Origin: Octopus sinensis | Taxonomy: Eukaryota | Length of the DNA stretch: 64,000 nucleotides | Direction of reading: 5' to 3' | Assembly (NCBI RefSeq): GCF_006345805.1 | Contig: NC_043003.1 | Location: 44,578,001 to 44,642,000 of the forward strand | Shown here: in pieces, positions 1 to 14,712 of the stretch | How the letters are laid out: each line of letters opens with the position of its first letter | Numbering within the stretch: the first letter of the stretch is position 1 | Made by a program: the position numbers and the translations under genes | The notes under the pieces: model-generated | What the model was told of the DNA's origin: nothing | The model's input: the letters and a program-made list of their open reading frames with translations, nothing else | Databases searched by the model: none

Positions 1-619
1 CTAGCGTACAGTTCTTCATTTTATCCGCATACATACACGCAAGTGATTCAGAACTGAAAAGGTGTAATGCTGCAGAAAGTCACATCGGTCAGAGATCCAT
101 TAATTCAAATTCACAGTTATGATTGTATGAATCAGGCTTCTCTTTGGAATCATGTAATCACCGCTATTATGTTTAACAATATGCAATATGAACTATCAAT
201 AAGTGTAAGTAACTACCACCTATATATAAATTTTCAATTTGATGATTGCCAATGGCACTAAAATCTTTGTTTGGTATAATTTAATACAGAATGCAGGAAG
301 TAAAGACTGCTAAATCTTCGTTCTATGGCAAATATGAAAATACCTCCAATAGAAAAGGATACAAAATCTGCTAACTATACAAAAGTAATCACTACAAATG
401 TATTGAGTTTGTATTGGATTAGGCATAGCCTGACACATTGAGATAAAATTTAGAACAGGATGTGAAATGTCATTTCTATGACTCCGGAAGTATTCCCACC
501 ATGAGTTTTTTACCTATTTTCCCATTATTAGATTCCCATTCTTGCTTGACACAACGGCTAGGCTAACGAACTAATACAGTGTCAGCTGAATAAAAATATT
601 TTAGCTTGATTGTATGTAC

Positions 620-840
620 TGCTCCCAACTCATTATTAATGACGAGCTGATATTGGGTTCTCAGGCACAAGATGTTTCTTTCATCATAAGAGCGTTGGGC
701 AATATTCAGTATTAAAATCAACCTTAATTTTATTAAACATTGTTATTTGTTAGAGCCTTTTCAAATTTTATAACTTAATCCATTTTTAGAACGGCCCTCT
801 CTTCTAAAGATTACCTTTAACGATTTGAAATAGAACACTA
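620..840 (-). mobile_element. Highly degraded Penelope-like (Naiad-like) GIY-YIG endonuclease C-terminal remnant
   Basis: Reverse strand gives frameshifted ISNR..IFRREGRSKNGLSYKI*K..ILNIAQ.SYDERNILC. This parallels the clearer copy near 49000-49250 (SNH.STFRNKNKRNSTGLS..IW.LK..PYDKG). Confidence 0.4.
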
Positions 841-2601
841 CAAACACGTTGAATTCAGTAAAAAATTCTAAATATTCGATATCGACATAAACGAGTAACT
901 TTAATATTTTCATGTCATGCATTAATTAAGGGAAGCTTGAATTGAATAAAGCGTGGCATTTAAAAATCTTTTTTCTCGTAAACACATCGAAGAAAGCCCA
1001 AAATTTTCGTAGCTATTTATTGAATGTAACGTACATTTAAGCGTACACATCACAGAATTCTAATATAATCCCAGCCTTAATCAAAAGAAAGTATCCTTGT
1101 CGATGGCGCTAATTAAATTTTCTAACCATAACGTATTAAAACATGGCACATACTAAGAATATATTGCAGGCACTTATGTAAACTAATGATATATGCCACA
1201 CATTCTGCATTTCTAATTCATAAATTTCTGAAAGTTTATGTCTCTCCTCTTGCGTTAAATGATTTCTGCTGCCCATTTATCTAGTTTTACGCGTTCCGTG
1301 ATAATAAGATATATATACTAGAATTTACAGACCGGTGGAAGTGTCATGTTACCAATAAATAAAAATCCAGCAGTATTTAACTATCTTTTAACACGTTTAG
1401 GTATATTATTGATAAACGATACTGGGAGGAAGGAAATCTGATGCACATGCAATTATGTATCAAATCAAGGAAAAATATTTAAATTGCATTTTATGCTGTA
1501 TCTTATATTTGCATTCAATGGTGACCTTCAGCTCAAATTAGTCTTGATAGTCCATAAAAAATACTAACATCAGCCGTAATGGGTATAAAAACTGCTTGAA
1601 ATTTTCAATTCTAAACTTTAACGGTATATTTGAAAGAGAAGCGGATTTATGCGAGTGTATGTGGTATAAACATATTTTCCATTCACACGAACACATACTC
1701 AAACACACACACACATACACACACACGTATAAATTTATATATGTGTGTGTATGCATAAATATATATTTGTATTTATGTATGTGTATCTGCTTGTGTTTTG
1801 GGAGGATGATATCATTTATTTATTGTTAGCCACTTGATTAAAAACCTAACGAAGTTGTTTGTTTTTTTAAGTCCCAAATAAACCTTATAGAGAGAGTGCA
1901 TGCTTTGATGATATCGCGAAATGCGAAGAAAGTATTTTGACATAAAATCGAGTGAATATTTAACCTACACATTAAACAAACGATCGATTAATTAATAGGC
2001 TAGGTACTAAACGGAGGGAGTGACTATAAAGAAATGATATCGGATCATGACGTGTGTTATTATATTTGGTGTAATGGTCCTCGCAAGGCAAAGATTTGTT
2101 TATTTGCCAACAGCCGGTGTTTAGCTCACACTGAGGAACAGTAAACTTTACTATTCGATAGTGTTACTGCATATTTCTCGCTTAGAAATTTAAAACACGT
2201 TTTTCTCTTTACAAGATCAACGACTGTGTGCCGCTTCAAAGAAATATATAGTATTTGGAAGTGGAGGTAGCCTACCTCACTAGTCGGTAATTGACTCACC
2301 CCGAGGACAGGTAACAACCCAGAAACCTAGTACTGTGAGTATCATGTTAGTCTAGAGAAGGAGGCGATGACCTCGTTTGCATATTCTATACAAGATGGGT
2401 GCCAGTAGCTAACGGGAAAAGATTTTTTTTCTGGACCCAAAAGAAACTAACTCTGTCTTGGTATAGGACTACCACATTATGTTGGCAAATAAACTTTACT
2501 ATATACATACAGGTTCGCATATATACTTACATTTATTCAGATATATTCAAATGGTCGAGTGTGTCTATATTTCTGTATATGTGTCTGTGTGTCTTTGTGA
2601 G

Positions 2602-2602
2602 T

Positions 2603-2678
<76 letters not shown>
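2602..2678. repeat. (TG)n microsatellite, representative of dozens of (TA)n/(CA)n/(GA)n tracts in the window
   Basis: Direct reading of the dinucleotide run. Confidence 0.95.
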
Positions 2679-2679
<1 letters not shown>

Positions 2680-3879
2680 TGTGTATGTGTCCTTGTGCAA
2701 AAGTCGCTGTTGAATGTCAGTAAATTTGATTTACTGGGAAGTAAAACAATCGCGCATATAATGCTATTTCAAGAGGCAAGGTTTAACCATTCTGTTATCG
2801 TAGAAACCAAGAGGTTGCACATTGCATGGGTGTCGCTTAGATGACAATGGTATGCACAGATTTAGTTTAGAAGAGAAGATAATTCCCCTTTTATTAAATA
2901 GAAAAGATAGGGAAATACTTTTTCGTATACGATTAGATTTAATTTCGTGCCTATTTCCATATCAACGAATTTCTTTTCTTTTTGTTGGGAACCAAAATGT
3001 TTATTGCAGCATCACTTCTGTGTATAACAATACGACTTCCGTTCGAGTAGTCGAACAGTATACTGATATGACAGCCTATAAAACATATTAGGAAAAGGAT
3101 AGCAATTTATAAATGTTAGGATATATGAGTACGCTGATATTTGATTTATGCATTCCTACTCTGGTAGGAGTCTTGTTAGATATCTGAGTCATAATTGGCA
3201 GAAACTCATCTTCATCATGCAATTGGAAAGAAGAGATATTTCATAATAGTAAGTCACTATTATAAATGCAGTTATCCGAGGGTAATATATATCGATATAC
3301 AGTATGAAATTATAGGTTAATATTAATGGATCATATAAATTAACAGCCGCAGGTATACTGTACACTGTTAAACTTAGGAATGAATATAAATTTATATAGG
3401 TATTCAAAAGTACTTGGACAATATTATATAAATGTTAAAAGAACACACATAAATGCTTTCGTAGAAAGAAAGTGGAAGTTATTCAATTAGAGTGAAGATT
3501 ATTATTTTTTATTTAAAGCTTTTGTACCATATTGAAACGGATATATATTTTTTCAAACATACTTCAACAGATTTTGACGCAAATGAATGGGAAGTAATGG
3601 TATTATCAATGAAATAATCTGCAAAAGTTTTCTGCCCTATGTTTCGCTTGAAAACAGCTAAGCAAACGGTCCTCACTGTGTGCTTCCCTTTGACCGTTGT
3701 GGTAGACTTTGGCTTCATATTCAATAAACTCTTCAGTTCGACAATCTGTAAAATGATCATTTTCGTGACACACAACGAAATAATGGTGTAAGCTGAAACT
3801 TCATGATGATGTATAGATGTACATATTTTCGTCCGTGACCGTACTTATTTTAACAATTTAGGGTTAATGGAATAATGTT

Positions 3880-3975
3880 TTCAAAGTTTGGTTAAATCCA
3901 GCAGGATTTGAGTGAAGGGAAGAGTCAATTATATGGACCCCAGTGTTTGACTGGTGCTTATTTTGTCGACCTCTG
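3880..3975 (-). mobile_element. SINE family A fragment
   Basis: gagtcaattatatggaccccagtgtttgactggtgcttattttgtcgacc matches the body of the copies at 8594-8823 and 13281-13664. Confidence 0.5.
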
Positions 3976-4622
3976 TTGTGTCGCGAATTGCAAGTACTCA
4001 ATAAGTGATCGTCGATAGAGTTCGAGTGTACTACAATAAATTGCACGCAATACGAAAGAAACAGAAAATAAAATGTCATTTTCCCAAATAAACGTATCTA
4101 AAGGAAACTATGATATTCAGGGTGAAAAAAATTCCAGTGGAGATATTGCATGTTTTTTCTCTTTTTGTCTTTCCCCCTGTGGATATGAGTTGCTGAAACA
4201 TATTTATATAGGCAAGCAACGTGTCCTACAGACAGAAAAAGAGAAAAGAAAGATATACATTTATTTCACGTCGCATCAAATAAAATATAAGTTAGGAAAT
4301 AGAATGTTCATTTTTTGCAATTTACTAGATTTTCTGATGGGGATCTCAAGCATTGTAACATAGAGAATAGATGCTAATGGAAAAATGGAAATATTTTAAC
4401 AATATTTTCTTCAATACGAATACAGAACATGAATACGCTAGGTATAAAGAAATAAGTTGGAAATATGTTTGAGGGATACAATGCAATTTTATAGGTGACA
4501 CAAGCACTTTTAACAGTGATGAAAGAGAGTGAAATTATCATATTCATATTTTTTAGTAAATTCACTCATACCGTGGAGTTGAATAAAATCAAGATGTGGC
4601 AGGGATTTGCAAGCATGTCTAG

Positions 4623-4661
<39 letters not shown>

Positions 4662-4878
4662 TATAAGAGTTCCTAGCTTTGGGTAACATAAGATACAGGA
4701 TCGTCAGTGATTTATGATTTTATTCAACATATTTGCGCCTTAGATTCACACGCTTACAGTACGGGTCCTGCACATTTTCTAAACACCTTGTAAAACAACT
4801 TGGAATTGTGGGCCTCCATCGAAGCATTTCGTGATACCCTTAAGGCCAGTATATTTTGGCATCGTCTCGTATGTATGA

Positions 4879-4935
<57 letters not shown>

Positions 4936-4936
<1 letters not shown>

Positions 4937-5660
4937 TAGCTGGTGAACCGGTAATTTCCGGGGGGTAAAGATGTTGTATTGAAACACCTTATTACTCTCA
5001 TATAAGAACGCAATTTCGTTATAACTGCCACAAAATGTGTATTTTCCGTCTCAAAAACGTACAAAAACTGTCGACTGGAAGAGGAAGAGATCGTTGGAGG
5101 TTGGCGAGAGAGGTTGTCGGAGGTTCGTAAGAGTGGATGTCTGAGGGAGAGGCATCTTTGTTCCAAAATGTCAGTCTTGCAGGGCCTCGTGATACACAAT
5201 GCTTTTGGTTTTGCCGTTAGGTGCATAGAATAATAAATTTTCCTGATTTCCAACTCAAGAGCATCCGGCATAGAAAAATCAGATCCTGCAAAATTAAAAC
5301 CTACTACTTCCATTGTCTAACCCTGTGTTTTATTGATGCTTATTGCCTTTTGAAATCGAATTGTGTGTCGGAAGGAATTAGAGGAATCTTTGGAATGAAA
5401 ACATCTTCACCACATGATTTCCCAGTCAGTAGTGTTGCGTCCAGCACTGTCTGCATCAATTTTTTGATAAATTGTTTGTCATTGCATAATTTTGGAGGAT
5501 CCAGCTTTCTTTAAACTATAACTGGGGCTCCAACATTTAGATACAATTCAGGCGGTGATAGACGTGAAGGTGCAGGGCTATTGAGGAATTCAACTGGGCA
5601 ATGAACAGGAACATTGGTGTGGAGCTCAGTATCAATTGACTCGAATGTTCTACTCGGAGT
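4936..5660 (-). mobile_element. Helitron 3' end with Pif1-type helicase pseudogene fragment
   Basis: Minus strand 5660-5290 translates to PVEFLNSPAPSRLSPPELYLNVGAPVIV*RKLDPPKLCN..KKLMQTVLDATLLTGKSCGEDVFIPKIPLIPSDTQFDFKR..AISINKTQG*TMEVVG, a classic RepHel helicase C-terminus. It ends in a CCGG-aaatta-CCGG hairpin plus CTAG at 4936, abutting (TA)n. Confidence 0.88.
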
Positions 5661-6169
5661 TATGGGCATTCATAGTGTAATGAAATTTAATTGAAAACCT
5701 TGCGTGCATTGGCAGCATTTAGGTACAGTATTTAGTTTGGAGGTATTGAAAAAATGCCTATTAATGCAATGGGTAAATTAATTACAACAATATGTATAGA
5801 GAGACAGAGAAAACTGTTTAGATATTGAATTAGAATCGACGAAGAATAATTGTTTTATTTTGTAAACATGAAACATATTGAATCAGAGACTTAGTTGGGA
5901 TCGCCGTTGTTGCATTAGAGCAGCTTGCGAAGTAGAGGCACCCAGTCTTACTCTGACTCGGCGTGACATTTTAAAAGTGAACTTTAAGAAGGTTAAATTA
6001 TGAATGTAGTATATATGTATATAATATATATGAATGAAATGTTAGAAATTCAATAATAACGTTCCCTCTCACTGGTGGTCGCAATCAGTAACTGTGTTTA
6101 ACTTACGGAGTTCTTGTTTTTATAACTATCGAAAAGCGGCCGGAAGGATAGATATATTGTTGAGAAAAA

Positions 6170-6460
6170 ATGATTTCGTTGGAGGTCAGTTATCTCCATA
6201 ACAGCCCCTGGTGGCCTAGAAGCGGTTTGAAGGGTCAAGTGGCAAAGACATTATTCTGCTTAGCGTAGGCATCTGGGAAATATATAACTGCTGTCATTCA
6301 TAGAACAACTATTGTTTTACCCTGAGAAAAGCGCTGTTGAACTGTTAAGTGAAAGTTGGCAATCGAGGATCGAATCCACACTATGCCTGCATGAAGCCAC
6401 TACACACAATTTGTGGGAAAAAAATTATCGACTGTCATGGAGAAAGTGTAACTGTAAACG
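6170..6460 (+). mobile_element. Degraded Helitron helicase N-terminal motifs (Walker A region)
   Basis: Frameshifted GGQL..ITAPGG (cf. GGxFFIDAPGGTGKT), then SSGKDIILLSV..SG (cf. GKIALAVASSG) and LCLHEATTHNL..RKC. Confidence 0.45.
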
Positions 6461-6717
6461 TGCAGCATTATCGGAGTAATGGGCATTCAAAAAAGTACGT
6501 ATAGAAATGTATGAATGAAGAATTCAAATACAGGAAGTGCAATAATTAATGTTTAGCAGTTTTAAACTGAGTAGTGAAATGCCGAATATAGCAGGTTGAT
6601 GAGGTATTTATATTTAGATAGAATAAGTGTATTTTTTTTCTTTTTGCAATTATACAAAATCTGTATCGCCTTGACCTATCATTGCATGGCATGGATCACT
6701 TTATAATGTTCCACTTG

Positions 6718-7011
6718 TTTGTTCATTCTCGAGCCATGCGTGGCTCATAAGGGCCGGTTTCCTGGTTTCTTGGCGTATAGGTTCTCCACCTGGACGGGAC
6801 GCCGGTCAATCGCAGGTGAGCTGCAAGATGCAAGAGGGAGAGAAAATTGTGGTGAAAGAGTCAGCAGAAGTTTTGCCATTACCCCGTGACGGAGCCGCGT
6901 GGACCTTAGGTGTTTTCGCTCATAAACACAGACATCGTCCGGTCTGAGATTCGAACCGCGATCCTGCCATCGCGAGTCCGCTGCTCTAACCACTAGGCCA
7001 TGGCCCTCCAC
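6718..7011 (-). mobile_element. Full-length tRNA-derived SINE with a V-domain-like 3' part and 13-bp TSD
   Basis: A box TGGCCTAGTGG and B box GGTTCGAATCT on the minus strand; segment cctgcgattgaccggcgtcccgtccagg; TSD aatgttccacttg at 6705-6717 and 7012-7024. Confidence 0.9.
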
Positions 7012-8593
7012 AATGTTCCACTTGAGTATGTGTAGATGTTGCTAGGTACCTTAATGTAATTCTTCTTGTGTATGTCCCGAAAAGGAGTTCGATATTTGGC
7101 AAATAATTTCCTTTGTTTTTGAGGTTACTTTGACTTCATTTATTTATACGTTATATTCGTTTTTTTTCTCAAATTGCGTATTTGGCAAGATTAAGATGGA
7201 ATCAAATTTGCATACAAATGCGCTAACACTGCATGATATGTCGAGTGTGTAAGTATCTTGGTTCCTGAAAGGAGATTTTGGAATCGTTAACTGGTGTGAT
7301 GTACATTTTATATAACTTTGTATTTTGGGCAGCAGTTACAATACAATATTACGCACGGTGCTTATTTTGGGCGTATAGTATTAGCTAATATATATGTGGG
7401 TTGGTTTTTGTGCGTGAACGAATGCCTGTATGTCCGTGGTCGTATCTAATTTACATGTATAGCATACATCTTAGTGTGTGCATGCTTGTATAGATGTTTA
7501 TATGATTATATGGTTGCATACAAGTAAGTATGATTGTATATGTGGGTATTGCAAATTCTTTTTTTCGTTTTTGCAAAAAAAAATTCTATTTTCGGAGTAT
7601 TAAGCCACTCGTAATATACGCACAATATTTAATTGTCGTATCTATGCAATTATCAATTAAATAATTCTTTGATTAATAATTAACTTGTTCATTAATTTAT
7701 GAAGCTCCTATCATCCACACATATGACAGTATTCAGAACATTTCCTCGTTCGTTTATGAATATCTAATGTGCATTCACTAGTGCTACGCTTTAATTTCCC
7801 AAATCTAATAGTGAATTTTTCAAAAGTTCGTACATATGCGTCTTAAAATCTATGTCGTTCCACTATTCATAATGACGGTTATCTCGTTTGGGCTAGTATC
7901 TATGATTGCGTGTTTCTATTCGTATGAAATTGCATTTATAAAGACACACAGGCACACACAAACACACACACATACACGCACGAGTGTATCATGATTTGTA
8001 CACATACACGAATAATGAAACTCAAATACATTCTTTCATACACCCGCACATGACTACATTTGTACGTATCACTGGTTAGTCATCTCTTTTCTTTACGAAA
8101 TATTTTAATACTTTTCACACGCATTTTATATTGCATCAAATTGTTATTTGCACAATTTATTGTATTCGGTTTATCTTTATTTTATAGTCAAAATCTCATG
8201 AGATTGTTAAATTGTTTATATTGTTCAGGTATTTCTGAAAATGTGTATGATTTTTATACCTTTGGTGTAATACATTTTTGTTAAGGTATTTATACATTCT
8301 CTTCCGGATGTGGATGCTATCACTGTATCTGCATTTAATATGCGTATCGTCTCTCTAATTGCCAATGTTTTGAAACGTGCTAGTGATCTGAGGTTTCCTA
8401 CCTCTCTCGGTTTACCTCAGAAATATCGTTAGATTAATGATGTACTCGGACCAGTTATACATCTCCTAACGTCTAATTTCTGACTTCGCAATTTGTTCCA
8501 AGATGTGTCCCCATTGTAGTTGTTGTTGTTGGTTGCAAGCCTTTTTTTTATTTACAGGGAGGTCCTTTTTGAAACCAGAATCTGTCATATCAG

Positions 8594-8823
8594 TGTCTTT
8601 ATTACCCACAAGGGCTAAACATAGAGGGGACAAACAAGGACCGACAAACGGATTAAGTCGATTACATCGACCCCAGTGCATAACTGGTACTTAATTTGTC
8701 GACCCCGAAAGGATGAAAGGCAAAGTCGACTTCGGCAGAATTTGAATTCAGAACGTAGTGACGGGCGACATACCGCGAAGCACTACGCCCGGCGTGCTAA
8801 CGTCTCTGCCAGCTCGCCGCCTT
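8594..8823 (-). mobile_element. SINE family A (central gcctttcatcctttcggggtcga domain, tentatively Meta-domain-like)
   Basis: Head ggcggcgagctggcagagacgttagc, B-box-like gaattcaaattc; near-identical to 13433-13664. Confidence 0.88.
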
Positions 8824-8837
8824 AAACAATGTTTGAC

Positions 8838-8945
8838 GCTTACTGCATCTAGGTCTCACAAGCGGTTACTACTAACTAGGCTCGACGTTGCTTAACTTCG
8901 GTGATCAGACGAGAACCGGTGCTTTCAACGTGATATGGCCGTAAT
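8838..8945 (-). pseudogene. 5S rRNA pseudogene with an internal deletion of about 10 nt in the box C region
   Basis: Reverse complement TTACGGCCATATCACGTTGAAAGCACCGGTTCTCGTCTGATCACCGAAGTTAAGCAACGTCGAGCCTAGTTAGTA-GTAACCGCTTGTGAGACCTAGATGCAGTAAGC matches invertebrate 5S rRNA but lacks CTTGGATGGG. Confidence 0.9.
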
Positions 8946-11344
8946 ATCGGTTAAGCTAGGAGAATGCCTGCTGCACATTATATAATGTGTATGCTTTGCC
9001 CAGTAGTATTGTTGATACATGCGAGATATACTCGAAGCCGATTCGCAAGAAATTTACACTGATGTTCTTTTGTTGTGCTTTTTAAACTACAAATTTGGTG
9101 GCTTAAGATTTCGCATAAATCCTATTTATTATAATGTTTTGTCTAATATTTCCAGCATATACAACATCAATCTATTACAAGATGCTTAGGTGACTAATTA
9201 GATGTGCTTTCGATTGTTTAGTGGACGGATCGGTGGCGGATGCTGCAAACGGCTCTATTTTCTAGTATCTGGGAAGTATCTGATAATATGCCTATCAATA
9301 ATTATGAATTTTGCTTTAAGTAATTTCAAGTATGCTATACTAAATATATATATATATAACCGACGTCACCAACAATACTGAAACATATGGCAGTCCAAAG
9401 TTTCTGCTCCCAGACACGTTAACTGATTGTAAATATGTTTTTCGATTATCGCCAAAATATATGAAGAATTTCTTTAGATAGCAGTTAATGAAGATCATCA
9501 GTGATTTGTTGATATCGTACACAGATATTTATCCTGGTTCCAGAATAGTAAAATCAATCAAAAAAATCTGGTCGCATATGTTCTTGTTAACAACATATTT
9601 ATAGGTCTAAAATGTGCTAATTATAAAATACCTTAATATATAACACCTAACAAAATTATAACATCCATAACAACGAGAGCTATAATAATGGTTATGACAT
9701 GAAATCTATTCCCGAAACTGTTTAAAATTCACGAAATGAGTTCCCATCCTGCAATACCGGAGTTATGTAACTCCAGTGAAGTTTGTAGAACTTTGGAGGA
9801 TAGTTAGACATGGCCTAGAACAACATAATAAACATGAAATTATTAGAAACATAATACCATCTTAGCACTGGTATTGCTTATCACCAAAATAAACTAGGAT
9901 CATATATTTGAAATATAAATAAGCAACTATTGTATATCCATTCACAACATCAAGATCTTCTGCGGATTGGCCGTTGATTGTTTCTAGAAATGTAACTTCT
10001 TATCAAAGTATAATCTTGGTAACTCCTATAGATATTGGAACCTTCTAAATAGTCCCTAATTCTAAAAACTCCCAAAATGTTAACATCAAAATATTTCCAG
10101 TCCACAAACCCCGAGTGACGCTCTTCTTCTTGTTCAGAAGTGTCTAATATATATCACTGATACTATTGTTTGATCAAAGACCAAATAAATTTATAGGAAG
10201 AAAAGAATGCCAGCATGTACAGGCTATCGTACTTCATTTACTGGTAACGTATCCGCTAATATTGATATTTCTCCTATCGAGCGTATGATCATCAGGCTAA
10301 TTTTCCTTCTGCACCTCATTTCCATTATCGACTGATTCCTGTGCACAAGTATATTTAGATTACACAGAAGATTGTTTCAGAAGAATAAATAACTCTGACC
10401 AGTATTACAATCATTCATGTGGCAATATCCGTAGTATGTCTCAGTATTGAACATTCAATTTGATCTAAAGTTGGGTAGACAGAAATTCGTTCAAGGTTCA
10501 GGAAAACGAACGTTGACTTTCATAAGGTTAAGATACAATTCATCCGAAGATGAAAAACATACAATAGCAGTTACAGACAGTATCTGCAGTCATGTATACA
10601 TATATATATATATATATATATTCATGCCCAGCTTCGAGAGAAGCAGTGTACGCATAAATCTCCCCACTCTATGACAATTGACTCCGTATCCGAGCCCTTA
10701 AAAAACACTTTTAATATCCAATATAAAACATCGCTAATAAACTACAAGATATTGTTTACATTTTGCGATATACATTGACAATAATTCTTTGTCCTGTGTA
10801 AAAGCACAGTAACAAAGAACATCAAATTGGCATTCTGTGAGTCTCTCTTGTAAGAATAATGAAAAATATAGTGTACATGGGTCATGTGTATCAAAACTGC
10901 GAACTGCTAAATTATACACGTGATGTATTTCTCCGTATGTGACTCTCTGAATATAACCCGAAGTACGGTAATAGAAAATACTGACAAAAGCTTAAAAATA
11001 GCTTCAACATTAAAGCACATGCACATATGAATATACTTACATTTGATTTTATGGATCGATATATATTTTATCTACATTTTCAGTCGTTAGATTAGGGTTA
11101 CCTTGAGTATCGTCTGAAAAGATTAAGATGAAGAAATTAAAATCGGTACTTGTTTTTAAAAGCCACACGCTTATCATATCCGTCGCTTATTCCCAGCCAC
11201 TAGGTCACAGTGATGTAAACAAACAAGCGCGGTTGTCAGGCGATGGGGAGGCACACATATAAACTGACATGTACAAACATATATAGTATAAATGGTATGT
11301 ATATCCATAAAATATCTTTCCATTTATGCATATATGTATACATT

Positions 11345-11385
<41 letters not shown>

Positions 11386-11644
11386 ATGTGTGTGTTTGTG
11401 TGAGTTTTTGTAAACATACGAAAAGCTACTTTAAATCTACGCACACATCCCTGGGTGTCCCAGGGGCGACAGGGGAAAGTCACTTGCAGAACCAGGTGGA
11501 TGGGAAGAAAGCTTCTTACGACAGTCAGGTCTACACACAACACGTACACACACACATACACATTCATATTCACACGCGTGCATATATAAATGTATGTGTC
11601 TGTGTGCACGTACTCTCATATATACTCGTGTATACATACATGCA

Positions 11645-12197
<553 letters not shown>

Positions 12198-12558
12198 TGT
12201 ACTCTTTCGCCTATATCGAAAGACACCTGTTGTCTTTTCTTTTTCTTCTTAGTCGTAATCGTGTACCATGATCTCGTGTTATTTTTGTTTGCTTTTTTTG
12301 TGTTTTTTGTATTTGTTGCCGTACACAGTCACTACCTTTTTACAAAGGGGGCTAATGCTCTTAGCTTAGACTTATTCGGGTAGGTGGGCAACCAGATCGA
12401 ACCATCTCAAGAGTAACTAACCGAAATAGTCTCGATCTCCGGAACTTGACTGTAGAGAGAAAACCACGAATGACGCACGAATATTCCTTCTGTTATCCGC
12501 CATTGTATCGTGTATGTGTCCGAATGTTTTAATGTCCTCTATTGCGTTTTTGTTCTAT

Positions 12559-12616
<58 letters not shown>

Positions 12617-13280
12617 TAAATGGATGTCTTTTAAATCACTTCCGCACATGCACACAATGGCAATGATACCAATAGTCCAACACACCGCCATCATTAGCTG
12701 CTCCACGGATATCACTATGGTTTGTACACCTGGGCAGTACCATTCGAACCGCCGGTGTCAACAGCACTAAAACAAGTGTTGTTTAGGATCAAACATTCAT
12801 TAGATACTCTCACATTCATTCAGTCTTAATTCTAGGAAGGATTAAACACTAATGTTAATAATTAAGCTACAACAAAGTAACTACATTTACCCTGTGTAGA
12901 AACACATTATCAGTAGATTAATAATTCTGTAAGTAAACATATAACTACCTCGGAAGTTATCGGACTAAATAACAACCTAGCCTTTGAAGTCCATAGAGAT
13001 AATATTCCCACCAGTCTTCCAGTGTTATTACCATAACAGTAAAAAATTTATATTCTATTCCTTCCAAAACTAAACAAACTCGATTGAACTTAATTAACAA
13101 TATAATTCTAAGCGAATTACACTTTTCATAACCCAAAAGTTATTAATTAAAACACTCCATACGCATGAAATATTCGTCAGGTTTCAATGTTAAATTTAGA
13201 CTAGTAATCAATAGATAATACTAAAATATCCTTACCAAATCAGAAACTAATAAAAGAATACCTATAATCAATAATTATTA

Positions 13281-13664
13281 TTTTCTACTCTAGGAAAAAG
13301 GTCCAAAATTTGGGGGGAGGGGCCAGTCGATTAGATCGAACACAGTACGCAAGTGATTGAACCCGAACGGATTAAAGGCAAAGTTTCCCTGGGTGGAATT
13401 TGAACTCAGTACGTAAAGACAGACGAAATACCTATTTCTTTACTACCCACAAGGGGCTAAACACAGAGGGGACAAACAAGGACAGGCAAACGGATTAGAT
13501 CGATTATATCGATCCCAGTGCGTAACTGGTACTTGATTTATCGATCCAGAAAAGATGAAAGGCAAAGTCGACCTTGGCGGAATTGAACTCAGAAAGTAAC
13601 GGCAGACCAAATAATCCTAAGAATTTCGCCCGGCTTGCTATCGTTTCTGCCAGCTCGCAGCCTT
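13281..13664 (-). mobile_element. SINE family A, dimeric form
   Basis: A complete unit (13433-13664) is followed on the minus strand by a second headless body (13281-13432) with a different tail (cccctccccccaaattttggacc..tagagtagaaaa). Confidence 0.85.
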
Positions 13665-13892
13665 TCATTAATCGACGATTATAATTAAAACGTTGTTACG
13701 ATTGAAGCGAAATATGTAACTGTTTGAAAGATAATATAAAATAAACTATTATCACTTACATATTTTCTGGCCACACCAAGCTGAGGTCAACTATTTTCTC
13801 AAATCTTATATCTACCTGGTGACGTAGTGCTTAGTTCACTACTTTCCCAAATTTACTTTAGCTATTTTGGTGGCGTAGGACGCCATATATAC

Positions 13893-13990
<98 letters not shown>

Positions 13991-14567
13991 GTGTGTGTGC
14001 GTGTGCATATATTTCAGTACCGTTTTCAGTCATTGAGACTTCTTGAAATGAAAGCATTAAATTTTGGAAAAATTAAATGAAAAGACTTTTTAAAAGAATA
14101 TTTGCAAAGAGTTCAAATACAAGGGGCATTTTCCTTATTTCTGGATGTCTCTGTTTCTCTTGTTTAATCTTGTGGGTTCGAGTTCGCTGTGAATTATTGG
14201 CAGAGAAGAAGAAAAAGAAGAAGTAGAAGAAGGGGAAGGAGGATGAGGAGGGGGAGGAAGGGTGGAGGAGGAGAAAGTATTGTTCATAATAGTTGCGCAG
14301 GTGTTATTCTAAACAGCAGTAGTAGTAAAGTAAGGAAGGAAGTGTGGAAAGAAAAAAGACGAAGAAGAAAAAGGAAAAAGAGAAGAAGAGAGAATGATAA
14401 CGGAATGCGGGATGGTTATGATGTTAAATGATCAAGTGACCAAAACGTGACTCGTTGTGGATTATAGCAGTGACTGGGACTGTTTTTAATGAATTCTTGG
14501 GTATCTCTTGATACATTAACATTTCCAAAATTTAAGTTTTCCAAAACTTAATAGTTTTCCATAATTA

Positions 14568-14602
14568 CAGTTGAAAAGTCTCAATGACTGACACCCGTAC
14601 TG
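14568..14602 (+). ncRNA. Decayed hammerhead-like motif (U3-A8 core variant) in a PLE pseudo-LTR
   Basis: cag TTGAAAA GTC tcaat GAC tGACA CCCG TA ctg; homologous, with its flanks, to 57543-57580 (minus). Confidence 0.45.
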
Positions 14603-14658
14603 AAATGTTACTTTATATTCTACCTTGACTTTTTTACTTATACATACATGCATGCATA

Positions 14659-14710
<52 letters not shown>

Positions 14711-14712
<2 letters not shown>

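Noticed and set aside
4660-4710. Minus-strand CTGACGA TCCT..AGGA motif
   Set aside because: The GAAA box is missing, so it is not supportable as an HHR.
6960-7011. tRNA gene candidates at SINE heads (also 61950-62020 and 23168-23230)
   Set aside because: They have A/B boxes but continue into SINE bodies, two with TSDs, and have no complete acceptor stem.
10250-10300. Minus-strand CTGATGA tcat..agga GAAATATC HHR-like motif
   Set aside because: No convincing stem I and a mismatched stem II; it could be chance or very decayed.
9340-10600. (TA)n-flanked non-repetitive block, possibly coding-derived
   Set aside because: No frame gave a recognisable motif; left unassigned.
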